Shown one piece after another: positions 1 through 9,613 of a DNA stretch of 64,000 nt. Source of the DNA: an uncultured delta proteobacterium (GTDB lineage: Bacteria; Myxococcota; Kuafuiibacteriia; Kuafuiibacteriales; Kuafuiibacteriaceae); the NCBI GenBank assembly GCA_963803435.1, contig CAWDML010000001.1, positions 320,001 through 384,000 on the forward strand. Direction: 5' to 3'. The notes below the pieces were generated by a model that was given only the letters and a program-made list of their open reading frames with translations, did no database searches and was not told where the DNA came from. Positions within the stretch are counted from its first letter, which is position 1. Each line of letters starts with the position of its first letter. The position numbers and the translations under genes are program-made.

Positions 1-267
1 CGCCGCCAGCTCCGTGAGCGGCGGGTTGTTTCCCAAGCTTCGCTTGATCAGCAGGTTGGCGCGGATGGGCGTCTGCTTCTGGAGCACGCGCGGATCGCGC
101 AGCTCCGGTTTCTCGGCGATCTTGAAGACCATCGTGGTCTCGGCCAGCTCGAACTCGGGCGGGAGCTGGATGGCGAGCGGGAGCGCGGGCTCGGCCGCAG
201 GAAGCTCGAGGGACCACGGCTCGGAGCGACGCGAACGGGGGGTCGATGTGGCCTTCTGTTGTCGCAT
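1..267 (-). CDS. Hypothetical protein, N-terminal part (runs off the left edge)
   Basis: Manual translation from ATG at 267: MRQQKATSTPRSRRSEPWSLELPAAEPALPLAIQLPPEFELAETTMVFKIAEKPELRDPRVLQKQTPIRANLLIKRSLGNNPPLTELAA..., open to the edge with GC-rich third positions; not in the ORF track. Confidence 0.55.
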   Translation of the reverse strand, partial: MRQQKATSTPRSRRSEPWSLELPAAEPALPLAIQLPPEFELAETTMVFKIAEKPELRDPRVLQKQTPIRANLLIKRSLGNNPPLTELAA

Positions 268-420
268 CGGGCGCTCGGGAAGCCCTGGAGACACGGTGTA
301 TACTCCCGCGACCGAGGCGACGCAACGGTTTTCCGTGCGGTTCCGGGGTGTGGCCTCGCGAGCACACGGATTCCGAGCGGATGTCGCGAGCATCACGTCG
401 CGTCGAATACTGCTCCCAGC

Positions 421-981
421 ATGAGGCCGGCGAAGCTGGGTCTTTTCCTGTTGGTCGTCGTCGCCTGCGAGGGGCCGCCGGCCTCGAGCGTCTCCGGGCG
501 CGCGGTGTCGGCCGCGCTTCGTCTCGAATCCGATCAACCCGCGCGCGTCGAAATCGACGCGGGCGCGCTCCACGTCGATCGCCAGGGTGCGCTCTGGCGC
601 CGGACCGGCGCGACCCAGGTCCTCCTCCTCGAGCACACCGCCGGCCGACCGGCGATCCTCGGCGACGGATCCATCGTGATCTCGCGGCGCGGCGCCGACC
701 CGGGCGAGACCGATCTCTGGCTCGTCCCGCCCTCGGGCGATCCGCGCCCGCTCGCGCCCGCGCTCGGCGCCGACGATTTGCCGGCCGCGCTCCCCGACGG
801 CCGCGTCGCCTTCGTCTCGAACCGCACCACGGTGGCCTCGATTTGGATCGTCGATCCGCGGACGGACGCCGCCGAGCAGCTCACGAATCGCGGCCTGTCG
901 GCCGGCCGCGACCTCACGGGCTTCGTCCCGCCGCCAAGGACGGCGGAGGCGCTGGCCCGCGCGGTGGAGGTGCGCCGATGA
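421..981 (+). CDS. TolB-like (PD40 beta-propeller repeat) lipoprotein
   Basis: ATG 421; lipobox-like LLVVVAC; PDGRVAFVSNR and DLWLV motifs typical of PD40/TolB repeats; ATGA overlap with the next gene. Confidence 0.7.
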   Translation: MRPAKLGLFLLVVVACEGPPASSVSGRAVSAALRLESDQPARVEIDAGALHVDRQGALWRRTGATQVLLLEHTAGRPAILGDGSIVISRRGADPGETDLWLVPPSGDPRPLAPALGADDLPAALPDGRVAFVSNRTTVASIWIVDPRTDAAEQLTNRGLSAGRDLTGFVPPPRTAEALARAVEVRR

Positions 982-2596
982 GACTGCTCTTCAGCGCGGC
1001 TGTCCTCTGCCTCCCGGCGGTCGCCGCGGCGCAGACGTATCGCTTCCCGATGGAGCTCCCCGCCGCCGGCGAGCAACAGCCGTACATCACCGCGTACCGG
1101 GATCTGGACGACACTGCGGCGGTCCAGGACTGGAACTGCGGGTCGAACACGTACGACGGCCACAAGGGTACCGACATCGGCATCGGCGGGTTCCCGGTGA
1201 TGGACAACGGCAGCCGCTGGGTGGTGGCGGCCGCGCCGGGCACCGTCACCTTCGTCTCGGAGGGTTGCTTCGATCGCTGCACCACCGCGGACTGCGAGTG
1301 CGGCGGCGGCTTCGGCAACTACGTCAAGATCACGCACGCCGACGGCAAGTCGACGTTCTACGGGCACATGATGATGGGCTCGGTCCAGGTGAGCCTCAAC
1401 CAAACCGTGACGTGCGGGCAGCACCTCGGCCGCGTCGGATCATCCGGGTACTCGACGGGCCCGCACCTCCACTTCGAGCCGCGGTATGCGAGCAACACCT
1501 CCGACGATCCGTTCTCCGGACCGTGCGGCGGGCCCACCAGCTTCTGGGTGGCGCAGGGCGCGTACAACAGCCTCCCGGCCTCCCTGTGCGAGGGTGAGCC
1601 GATGCCCACGCCCGAGGGGGCGCTCAAGGGCGTCGTCTGGGATTCTCGCTGACCGCCGGCCCCAACGACACCGGCAACGTGCGGCTGGTCGGCGCCACCA
1701 TCACCGTCGACGGCGGCGGCAACCAGAGCGCGCGCGATCCCGACGCCTACTGGACGTTCACGCTGGCGCCCGGCACGTATCACCTGACCGCGACCGCCAC
1801 CGGCTATCAGACCGCGAGCAAGGACGTGACCGTGGTGACGGGTCAGGAGGTCTGGGCCTCCTTCGGACTGCTCCGCGATCAGACTACGGTCGAGGTCGAC
1901 GACGCCGAGCTCCTGGAGCAGACCATCGATCCGCTGCTGGTGAGCCCCGAGGAGCACGTCGAGTGGATGTGGAAGGTGAAGAACACCGGCAACACCACCT
2001 GGACCTCGGACTATCACGTCGAGCTGATCCGCGGCGAAGCGTTCGGTGCACCGGAGGTGGTGCCGCTGTCGGAGGAGGTGCCGCCGGACGCCGAGTACAT
2101 CGTGATGCTGCTCCTCACCTCGACCACCAGCGCCGGCGACTTCGAGGGCATCTGGTCGGTCGCGCGCGACGGCTACGGACCGTTCGGGCCCGCGCTCCAC
2201 GTCGGGCTCACCGTGTCCACCGACGACGACCCGGGCAAGGATCCCGATCCCGATCCGGATCCGCCGATCAAACCGCCGCCCGACATGGAGGAGCCGCCGC
2301 CGATGGACGAGACCCCCAGCCTCAGCACCGGGCCGCGCGTCTCCGGAGGCTGCCGGTGCGCCGGCGGGCCTGCCCGCGACGGATCGGGCTGGCTGCTCCT
2401 GCTCGCAGGCTTCGTGCTCCTCAATCTCCGTAGCCGAGGACGCGCGACGCCGCCTGCTCGTTCCCCAGCAGGCGAAACAGCTGGTACGCCACCGCCAGAT
2501 GCTCCGCCGCCGGATCGATGGCGCCGCTCTCTTTCATCGCGTACCCCAACCATTCGTGTGTGTGCGCAAGGCCCTCGACGTCGCCGATCTGCGTGA
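978..2596 (+). CDS. M23 family metallopeptidase with carboxypeptidase-regulatory-like and Ig-like domains and a MYXO-CTERM-type anchor (apparent frameshift at ~1641-1645)
   Basis: Signal peptide; M23 motifs HKGTD and STGPHLHFE, GFGNYV; second frame gives LAPGTYHLTATATGY, WKVKNTGNTTW, Pro/Asp linker, GGCRC + TM + basic residues; frames join at GATTC. Confidence 0.8.
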
Positions 2597-2942
2597 ATAG
2601 CCGGAGCGCGATCATCATCTCTCGATAGGCGGCGCGCTCCTCCTTCAGGTTCCACAGGACCGCCGCTTCATTGAGTCGGGCCGCCGCTTCCCCGCGGCGG
2701 GCACCGACGGCGCGAAACGCGTCGATGACCCGGCCGAAGCCGTCGTCGCGCGCGGTGCCATCGAAGTACCGCTCCGTCAGGCGCGGATTCAGATAGGCCA
2801 CCAGATCCGGCGACGCGACCGACGCCCCCAGGATCCGCTCGTACACGGGCTCCACCTTGCCGGGGACCTTCTCGACGGACGCTCGCCCCGCGGCGCAGCC
2901 CGCGATGAGGAGCACCGCCAGCGCCGAACGTGCGGCCCTCAC
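2421..2942 (-). CDS. Small TPR-like lipoprotein
   Basis: GTG 2942 overlaps the upstream TGA (GTGA); lipobox LLIAGC; TPR-like helices (ALRLFTQIGDVEGLAHTHEWLG). Confidence 0.7.
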   Translation of the reverse strand: MRAARSALAVLLIAGCAAGRASVEKVPGKVEPVYERILGASVASPDLVAYLNPRLTERYFDGTARDDGFGRVIDAFRAVGARRGEAAARLNEAAVLWNLKEERAAYREMMIALRLFTQIGDVEGLAHTHEWLGYAMKESGAIDPAAEHLAVAYQLFRLLGNEQAASRVLGYGD

Positions 2943-5413
2943 CAGCCGCCTCCCGAGAGGCGCGCCATCACCTCCGCGTTCAACAGCGTGTACCAGTACG
3001 TGACGCCCCGCTCGCCACCCTCGATCTTCGCGCCGGCGACCACGGGCAGAGGTGCGCGCTGATAGGCCCGCCCGCGGTGGAACCACCAGTAGTAGCCGTC
3101 TGCGAGGCGGCTCTCGTCCCAGCCCCAGCCCTCCTCGAGCAGGCGATGGAAGCGATCCCGCAGACAGTCGGTGGGCACCCGCCCGGTCTCGGCGGATTGA
3201 TAGAGCTCGGCCACCGCCAGGTCGTTGGCGAGCCGGAGCGCCTGCGCGGGGCGGCCGAGGCGCGAGTAGAGCGCCCAGCCCCGGAGGAGGTCGCGGATCT
3301 GGGAGAGCCGGTCGCCCTCGAGACCGAGCAGGAAGCCGCGGAACAGATGGAGCTCCGCCAGGTGCGTCTCCTGGTTGCTCTTCAAGATCAGGCGCCGCGT
3401 CTCCTCGAGATAGGCGCGCGCCCGCTCCCGATCTCCGCGGGCGGCGCCGAGCATCTCGAGGTTGAGGCCGGACGCGATCCGACCCTCGGCCTCACCGAGG
3501 TCGCGCAGGCGATCGAAGGCGCGCACCAGGTAGGGCTCGGCCTCCTGCAGGCGGCCCTCCTCGATCAGGAGCACGCCCACGTTGTTCGAGAGCACCGCGC
3601 GGAAGTAGTCGTCGTCGAGATCCTCCGCCAACATCAGCGCCTTCGAGTAGAACGCGCGCGCTCCGATCAGATCCGAGGTCTCGACGGAGAGATGGCCGAG
3701 CTCGTTGTAGATCTCGAGCAGGTACGGCTTCTCGCCCAGCATTCCGCGGAGCTCGAGCGCCCGGCGCAACGCCTCGCGGGCGGTGGGGTACCGGCTCTGG
3801 GTGCGGGCCACCCGTCCCAGCCCGAAGTGCGCGAGGCTCTGATGATGGAGATCGTTCGCGGGCGTGGCCCGCGCGAGGGCGTACCGGTAGAGGCGCTCGG
3901 CCGCCTGGAGGCGATCGACGCGGGCGAACAGATCGGCGAGCGCGATGACGGTGTCGAGCAGCAGTCGATCATCGGCGCGCGCCTCGGCCACTCGAAAGGC
4001 GTGCCAGTAGGCCCCCACGGCCGACTCGGCGATCGCCGGGACCGGGGGCGCAGGGACGTGACCGCCACCCAACACGTAGTCGATCGCCGACGCGACGTGA
4101 TCGACGTTCTCCTCGTCCTTCTCCGCCAGCAGCGCCTCGGCCGACGCTCGATCGCCCTCGCGCACGGAGACGAGCTCGTCGAACGAGCGATCGCTGATCT
4201 CGGCCCACGGCACGCACGTGGCCAGCTCGAGCTCCGGCGGATTCGCCCCGGTGGTGGCGCGCGGTGGGATCCGACCGTAGCGGCCGATGCGCTCGTAGAG
4301 ATGCCCGAGCCGGAGGTGCGCCTCGCCCAGATCGGGGTCCAGAGCGAGCGCCTTCTTCAGCGCCTCGATCGCCTGCTGGTTCCGCCCGGCCGCATAGTCG
4401 GTGCCGGCGCCGTGGTACAGCGCCCAGGCCTCCGAATCCCCATGGTCAGGGAGCGGGTTCCGGGCGCCCTGAGCGGTGGAGAGGCGGGCGGCCAGCCCCT
4501 CCACGATCGCGTCCTCGAGCTGGAACAGCTCGGAGTCACGCCGGTCGAGCGTCCGCGACTCGAGGACCCGGCCGTCGGGTCCCGAGTACAAAGTGTAGGT
4601 GACTCGGATCTTTCCCTGGTGGAGCTGGTAGTCGCCGCCCACCACGAAGTCGGGGAGGAGCGCGTCGCGCACGGTCTCGATCGCCTCCGCCTCACCCCGA
4701 TCGTCGGAGGCGAGCAACGAGGCCACCAGCATGGGATCGGTCACCGAGAGATCGGGCGCGGCCGAGAGACGCCGCGACACCTCCTCCAGGAAGGCCGTGG
4801 CCAGCGCGGCGGTGTCGGCGCCGGCCAGCGCCGGGCGGAAGGGGAGCACGACCACCATCTTCTTGCCGCTCTGCTTCTGTCGCTCGAGCTGTCGGGTCAG
4901 GCGCGCCCGCGCAATCTTGGACTTGGGGACGGTCGCGTGGACGTAGACCCGGTAGCTCACCGCGTTCGCGGACAGCGGCGAGTCGAGCACCTTCTCCCAG
5001 TAGACCTGATCCGCGAGCACTCCCTCGAGCGTGGAGCGAGACCGCGTCTTCACGGTCGAGCGGGCCTCGAACGACTTCTCCGTCTCCACGGACTCGAACT
5101 CGCTCTCGACATCGACCGAGACGAAGTTCGAGACGGCGCTCAGGAGATCGTCCATCGCGTGCTTGCGCGCCTCGTCGATCGAGCTGCCCGCCGATTGGCC
5201 GGCGAACGGCACATACGCAACCGCACCGCGGTCGAGCCGCCGCGTCCACACGGGCGGGATCGCCGCGCTCGCCTCCACCACCTGAGGCTTCACCAGCTGG
5301 ACCTTGATCCGCGGATGGTTCGCGATCAGATCCTTCGGCAGGCGCGGCCCGCATCCGAGCGCGCTGAGCGAGATCGACAACCAGATCGAGCGCTTCACCG
5401 TCACGGCCTCCAT
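2939..5413 (-). CDS. Large lipoprotein: LPP20-like N-domain, TolB-N/FlgO-like domain, multiple TPR repeats
   Basis: Lipobox SALGC; EARKHAMDDL..VSV.VESE (LPP20-like); VVVLPF...FVVGGDY...LFQLEDAIV (TolB-N/CsgG-like); ALALDPDLGEAHLRLG TPRs; start may be GTG 5398. Confidence 0.75.
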   Translation of the reverse strand: MEAVTVKRSIWLSISLSALGCGPRLPKDLIANHPRIKVQLVKPQVVEASAAIPPVWTRRLDRGAVAYVPFAGQSAGSSIDEARKHAMDDLLSAVSNFVSVDVESEFESVETEKSFEARSTVKTRSRSTLEGVLADQVYWEKVLDSPLSANAVSYRVYVHATVPKSKIARARLTRQLERQKQSGKKMVVVLPFRPALAGADTAALATAFLEEVSRRLSAAPDLSVTDPMLVASLLASDDRGEAEAIETVRDALLPDFVVGGDYQLHQGKIRVTYTLYSGPDGRVLESRTLDRRDSELFQLEDAIVEGLAARLSTAQGARNPLPDHGDSEAWALYHGAGTDYAAGRNQQAIEALKKALALDPDLGEAHLRLGHLYERIGRYGRIPPRATTGANPPELELATCVPWAEISDRSFDELVSVREGDRASAEALLAEKDEENVDHVASAIDYVLGGGHVPAPPVPAIAESAVGAYWHAFRVAEARADDRLLLDTVIALADLFARVDRLQAAERLYRYALARATPANDLHHQSLAHFGLGRVARTQSRYPTAREALRRALELRGMLGEKPYLLEIYNELGHLSVETSDLIGARAFYSKALMLAEDLDDDYFRAVLSNNVGVLLIEEGRLQEAEPYLVRAFDRLRDLGEAEGRIASGLNLEMLGAARGDRERARAYLEETRRLILKSNQETHLAELHLFRGFLLGLEGDRLSQIRDLLRGWALYSRLGRPAQALRLANDLAVAELYQSAETGRVPTDCLRDRFHRLLEEGWGWDESRLADGYYWWFHRGRAYQRAPLPVVAGAKIEGGERGVTYWYTLLNAEVMARLSGGGW

Positions 5414-6087
5414 TCGACACCGGCGCCGACGGCGTGCCCGGTAGTGACCGAGTACGCCTCGTCTTCCGGCAGGCGCCAGCGCTGCCGGGAAAAGCGGAGC
5501 CACACCGCGAGCCCGATCGGGCCCGCGCCGATGCTGAACGCGACGCGGTGCTCGAGCGGCTTCACCTCGAGATCGCCGGGCGCGCCCGTCACCACGAACG
5601 GAACCAGCGTATAGTCGCCCTCGACGCTGAGACCGCCGGTCGTGCCGATGGCGACGCGCACGCCGCCGAGCACCGAGAAGCGGGCCGTGTCCGACCACCA
5701 GTGGCCGCCGCCGGCCCCCAGCTCGATGGCGAGGTGCGGGACGACCATTCCCAGGAACGGCACGTTGAAGGTGAACGTCCGCATCGAGAGGCCTCCGCTC
5801 GCTGCGAAGCCGACCGGCAGCGCGTCGTGCACGTCGTCGGCCTCGCCGGGCGTGAACCCGAGGCTCAGCGCGAACTCGAAGCCGAGCTGGGTACCGAGCG
5901 GCGTGTTGGGCTCCGAGTCGCAGAAGCCGGCGCGCAGGTGGACCCCGGGCGCGAAGCGCTCGAACGTGCGCGCACGGGCGATGCCGGGCAGCTCGCCGCT
6001 CTCCTGCATGAGGTCGGTCCCGATCATGAGGTGGCCGTCGATCGCGAGCGGGCTGGGGTCCGCGATCAAGAGGAGCAGCGCGATCAC
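5401..6087 (-). CDS. Putative outer-membrane beta-barrel protein
   Basis: GTG 6087 in GTGA overlap; short hydrophobic N-terminus; alternating amphipathic strands; C-terminal AVGAGVEWRP resembles a BAM beta-signal. Confidence 0.65.
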   Translation of the reverse strand: MIALLLLIADPSPLAIDGHLMIGTDLMQESGELPGIARARTFERFAPGVHLRAGFCDSEPNTPLGTQLGFEFALSLGFTPGEADDVHDALPVGFAASGGLSMRTFTFNVPFLGMVVPHLAIELGAGGGHWWSDTARFSVLGGVRVAIGTTGGLSVEGDYTLVPFVVTGAPGDLEVKPLEHRVAFSIGAGPIGLAVWLRFSRQRWRLPEDEAYSVTTGHAVGAGVEWRP

Positions 6088-8126
6088 AGCCGCACCCCCA
6101 CGGTCAGCTCGACCTGGACGGGCTTCTTCGAGAAGCCCGCCCCCAGGTGGTGGGCAGCCGCCGCCGAGAGGTAGACGCGCTGGAACAGATCGACCGTGGC
6201 CCAGGCGCGCACGGGCGACCAGAAGTGTGGATCGCCCTCGCTGTCGTCGAAGATCGTCTTGGCGAAGAGCAGGTTGGGCTCGAAGCTGGCGCCCAGCCAG
6301 AGCCAGGTGGCCAGCGGGACGCGCACGATCAACGGCACCGCGAAGATGCGGTACCGCTCGCCGGCGTCGGTGCTCTCCTGCGCGTAGGAGAGCCCGAAAC
6401 CGACGAAGAAGCCGGCCTTGCCGAGATCGAGGCTGAGCCCGGTCATCGACAGCGAGAAGCCGCTCACGCCGCCGCCGAGGGCCGTGCTCCATCCGGACGC
6501 GCCGACGTGGAGGCGCGAGACCCGCAGCCGGGCAGCGAGGCCGAAGGCGGTGCGCGCGGTCTGGAACGGCGTCGAGCCGCCGGTGACCGCCAGATCGACC
6601 CCGGTCTCCGCCAGGAGCGCCAGACCGCGGACGCGCTCCTGGCGCACCACGGCTCCATACTCGAAGCGATCGAGCTCCGGATCCACCTCGGGCATCGGCA
6701 GCTCGTACGGCGGCGGGGGCGTCGCGGCACCGAGGAGCGTCCCCTGGAGACCGAGCGCCGCCAGCACGTCTGCCGGCGACATCCCATACGCCGACTCGAA
6801 GTACCCCGCGGCCTCCGGCGGGACGGTGTGGGCGACCACGGCCGCCAGCACGTGCTGCGCTTCGGCGTGCTCGCCCAGCGCCGATCCGCTGGCGGCCCGC
6901 ACTTCGGCCACGCGTCGATCGATCGACTCCTTCAGCTTCGCGAACAGGCGGTCCGCCGAGCCGGCGGCATCGATCCCGCCGAAGCGACGGCTCTGATCCG
7001 GGGACCAAAACGCCTGATCCTCGGCTGTGTCCTCGACGCGGAACGGTTGCGGCTCGGCACCGCCGAACCGGACGATACCGTGCGCCTCCATCTCGATCTT
7101 CCGGTGCAGGACCTCGACCTCGATCGGCTTGGCCACCTCTTGGAACTCGATCACCGGCACCTGCCGCACCACCAGCCTGCGCTCGGGCTGGCGGCACTTC
7201 TCCGGCTCCGGCGGTCGCTCGAGGCACACGCCCAGCTCGTCGTAGCGGAGGCAGGCGTCGGGATCGCACGCGGGATCGCGCTCGGCCTCCCAGTACGGCT
7301 CCTCGGTGAAGCGGACCTGGGGCACCGCATCCGTGTACGTGCGGTGCTCGTGCTCGGACCAGCTCCGATCCGACTCTCGACACGACTCGAACACCACCTC
7401 TGCGCTCTGCTCGCCCGTCGCCTGCTGCTTCTCGAGCACGCGGGCGAGCGACGGGCACGACGTCGCGTCGAGATGGACCTCCCAGGCATAGCCGGCGCGC
7501 GCCCGCACCGCGCGCTCCAGCTCCGCGAAGCTCGCCGGGGCGGGCGCACCGAGCGTGATCGCGATGCGTTGGTTGAACCAGCGCATCACGTCGTCGTCGG
7601 CGGCGGCGGCGAGCTCGAGGTGGTGCGCCTGCGCCCGCTGCAGCAGATCGGCGAGGCGCACCCGCATGGGATGGCCCTCGGGGTACGGCGTCACCAGCAC
7701 CGAGGCGGCCTCCACGGCCGGGATGAAGCGACCGGCCTTCCCGAGCGCCTCGAGCTCCGACCACCGCGGCCGGTCGATACGCTCCAGCGCCTCGAGGATC
7801 GCCGACCGGGCCGCCGGCGCCCCCCACGCGCCGGCCGCGAGGATCCGCCACAGGCGGGTGCGGGCTTCGTCGAGCTGGCCCGCGTCGCGCTCCGCGATCG
7901 CCGCAGCGATCTCCTCTTCGGCCAGCGCGAGCGCGGCGCGATCGCGGCGACCGGTCACCTCCTCGCGATCGTGCTCGGTCACCCGCCGCTCGAGCGCCGC
8001 GGCGTAGTCGGCGACCGCGATCTTTGGCGCGTGTCGAGCGAGCGCGTCGTCGCCGCGCCCGACCAGATAGGAGGTCTGACAGCCGGCGCCCGCGAGCGCG
8101 ATCACCAGCCAGCCAGCGCGATGCAC
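6084..8126 (-). CDS. Lipoprotein with TPR-like N-terminus, Cys-rich insert and C-terminal beta-barrel-like domain
   Basis: Lipobox LAGAGC; helical repeats; amphipathic C-terminal strands ending VELTVGVRL. Confidence 0.7.
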   Translation of the reverse strand: MHRAGWLVIALAGAGCQTSYLVGRGDDALARHAPKIAVADYAAALERRVTEHDREEVTGRRDRAALALAEEEIAAAIAERDAGQLDEARTRLWRILAAGAWGAPAARSAILEALERIDRPRWSELEALGKAGRFIPAVEAASVLVTPYPEGHPMRVRLADLLQRAQAHHLELAAAADDDVMRWFNQRIAITLGAPAPASFAELERAVRARAGYAWEVHLDATSCPSLARVLEKQQATGEQSAEVVFESCRESDRSWSEHEHRTYTDAVPQVRFTEEPYWEAERDPACDPDACLRYDELGVCLERPPEPEKCRQPERRLVVRQVPVIEFQEVAKPIEVEVLHRKIEMEAHGIVRFGGAEPQPFRVEDTAEDQAFWSPDQSRRFGGIDAAGSADRLFAKLKESIDRRVAEVRAASGSALGEHAEAQHVLAAVVAHTVPPEAAGYFESAYGMSPADVLAALGLQGTLLGAATPPPPYELPMPEVDPELDRFEYGAVVRQERVRGLALLAETGVDLAVTGGSTPFQTARTAFGLAARLRVSRLHVGASGWSTALGGGVSGFSLSMTGLSLDLGKAGFFVGFGLSYAQESTDAGERYRIFAVPLIVRVPLATWLWLGASFEPNLLFAKTIFDDSEGDPHFWSPVRAWATVDLFQRVYLSAAAAHHLGAGFSKKPVQVELTVGVRL

Positions 8127-8183
8127 GGGCTCACGCTCCTGTCGCCAGAGCTTCGAGTCAAGGCTGGGCGAGGCCCGCGAGCC

Positions 8184-8762
8184 TCAGAAGCTGGAACCGG
8201 GCTGCTCGAGGAAGGCGCGCTCCTCGGGCGTGGAAGCCCGCCCGAGGAGCGCGTTGCGATGAGGGAAGCGTCCAAATCGTTGGATGATCTCGCGGTGTCG
8301 GACGGCGTACTCGTGGAAAGATTCAAGGCGCGCGCGATCCTCCGGCGGCGCCTCGTCGACCAGGTCCGCGAACAGCTCGACCGCCCGATCCTGCACCGCG
8401 CGGTCCTCCGCGTGCATCAGAGGCATGTAGAAGAAGGCGCGCTGCCTCGGCGTGAGCTTCTGGTCCACCTTCCGCGCGATCGAGACCAGGACGGTCGCCT
8501 GCGCCTTCGCGTCGGACGCGAACGCGTCGGCGGATCCTCGATGGATCGACCTCGAGAGCTGATCGAGCAGGATCACCAGCGCCAGACACGTCTCGGGATG
8601 CGCGGTCCAGGCGTCGAGCGCGCCCTCGCGGGCGTGCTTCAGATCTCCGCCGAACGTCTCCTTCAACCGGCGATCGTTGTCGGGGTCCGGGGCGAACCAG
8701 GTCGATTCGCGCGCGAACCAGTCCTCGAGGATCAGCTTGGCTCTGTTCTCGTTCATCTCCAC
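8184..8762 (-). CDS. DUF924 family protein
   Basis: LALVILLDQ.SR..HRG, FFYMPLMHAED, H.EIIQRFGRFPHRNALLGRASTPEE signature. Confidence 0.92.
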   Translation of the reverse strand: MEMNENRAKLILEDWFARESTWFAPDPDNDRRLKETFGGDLKHAREGALDAWTAHPETCLALVILLDQLSRSIHRGSADAFASDAKAQATVLVSIARKVDQKLTPRQRAFFYMPLMHAEDRAVQDRAVELFADLVDEAPPEDRARLESFHEYAVRHREIIQRFGRFPHRNALLGRASTPEERAFLEQPGSSF

Positions 8763-9604
8763 ACCGTGATTCGCGAGGGGGACGATCTCGACGGATGCGG
8801 CTCGGGCACCGCGAGCGACTCACCGTCGGTCTGCGCATAGTCCGGATCCCACGGGAGCAGGATCGTGAAGCGGTCGTCGATCACCGTCACCTTGGGGAGG
8901 ATGGCCGCGACCGGCCGCGCGCCCGCGCGGGCGATCACCTCGGCCGGCGATCCGCCCCCCATCTCCTCCAGCGTGCGCTGCGTCGGCGGAGGGAGGAACA
9001 TCTCGCCGCGCGCCTGCGCCGCCAGCGCTTCGGCCGGCGTCAACCAGGCTTGCTCCGTGGTCTCGCGCTCGTCGTGCGCCGGCGTCTGCCCCTCGGGGAG
9101 CTCGACCAGAAAGAAGCGGGTGTCGTAGCGGCGCTGCTCGTGCGAGGGCGTGACCCAGTGGGCGAAGTAGGTCAGGCGGTCGAGCCCGAGGCGCCACTCC
9201 TCTTCTGAGAGCATGTCGACGAGCGTCGCCTCCCCGGCCTGGAGTCGCTTGCGCCAGGACGAGATCCGCTCGACCGGCGGCGTCGGTCCGTCGAGGACGA
9301 GGATACCGGCCTCCTCGAACAGCTCGCGACAGGCGGCGCCGTACAGACCCACGGCCTCCGCGTTCGACAGGGGGCGCCCGGGCGTCGGCTCCAGCGTGTC
9401 TTCCACCCGCGCGACGTCAGCCGGCGGGATCAGCTCCCGGAGCCGGCAATCGGCGGGATCAAGCTTCCCGCCCGGGAACACGTACGCGCCCCCCATGAAC
9501 GCGCTCGCTCCGTGGCGCCGCACCAGGAAGACCTCGGTCGTCCCGGCGCCGCGCGCACGGAGGAGCACGACGGTCGCCGCATGTTTCGCGCCGCCCCCCT
9601 GCAC
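8753..9604 (-). CDS. NUDIX hydrolase (NUDT19-like acyl-CoA diphosphatase type)
   Basis: AATVVLLR, YVFPGGKLDPAD, ACRELFEEAGI Nudix box, HWVTP..RRYDTRFF. Confidence 0.9.
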   Translation of the reverse strand: MQGGGAKHAATVVLLRARGAGTTEVFLVRRHGASAFMGGAYVFPGGKLDPADCRLRELIPPADVARVEDTLEPTPGRPLSNAEAVGLYGAACRELFEEAGILVLDGPTPPVERISSWRKRLQAGEATLVDMLSEEEWRLGLDRLTYFAHWVTPSHEQRRYDTRFFLVELPEGQTPAHDERETTEQAWLTPAEALAAQARGEMFLPPPTQRTLEEMGGGSPAEVIARAGARPVAAILPKVTVIDDRFTILLPWDPDYAQTDGESLAVPEPHPSRSSPSRITVWR

Positions 9605-9613
9605 CCTTCGGGT

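Noticed and set aside
2240-2265. GATCCC tandem repeat
   Set aside because: It encodes a Pro-Asp linker before the sorting signal; ordinary low-complexity coding sequence.
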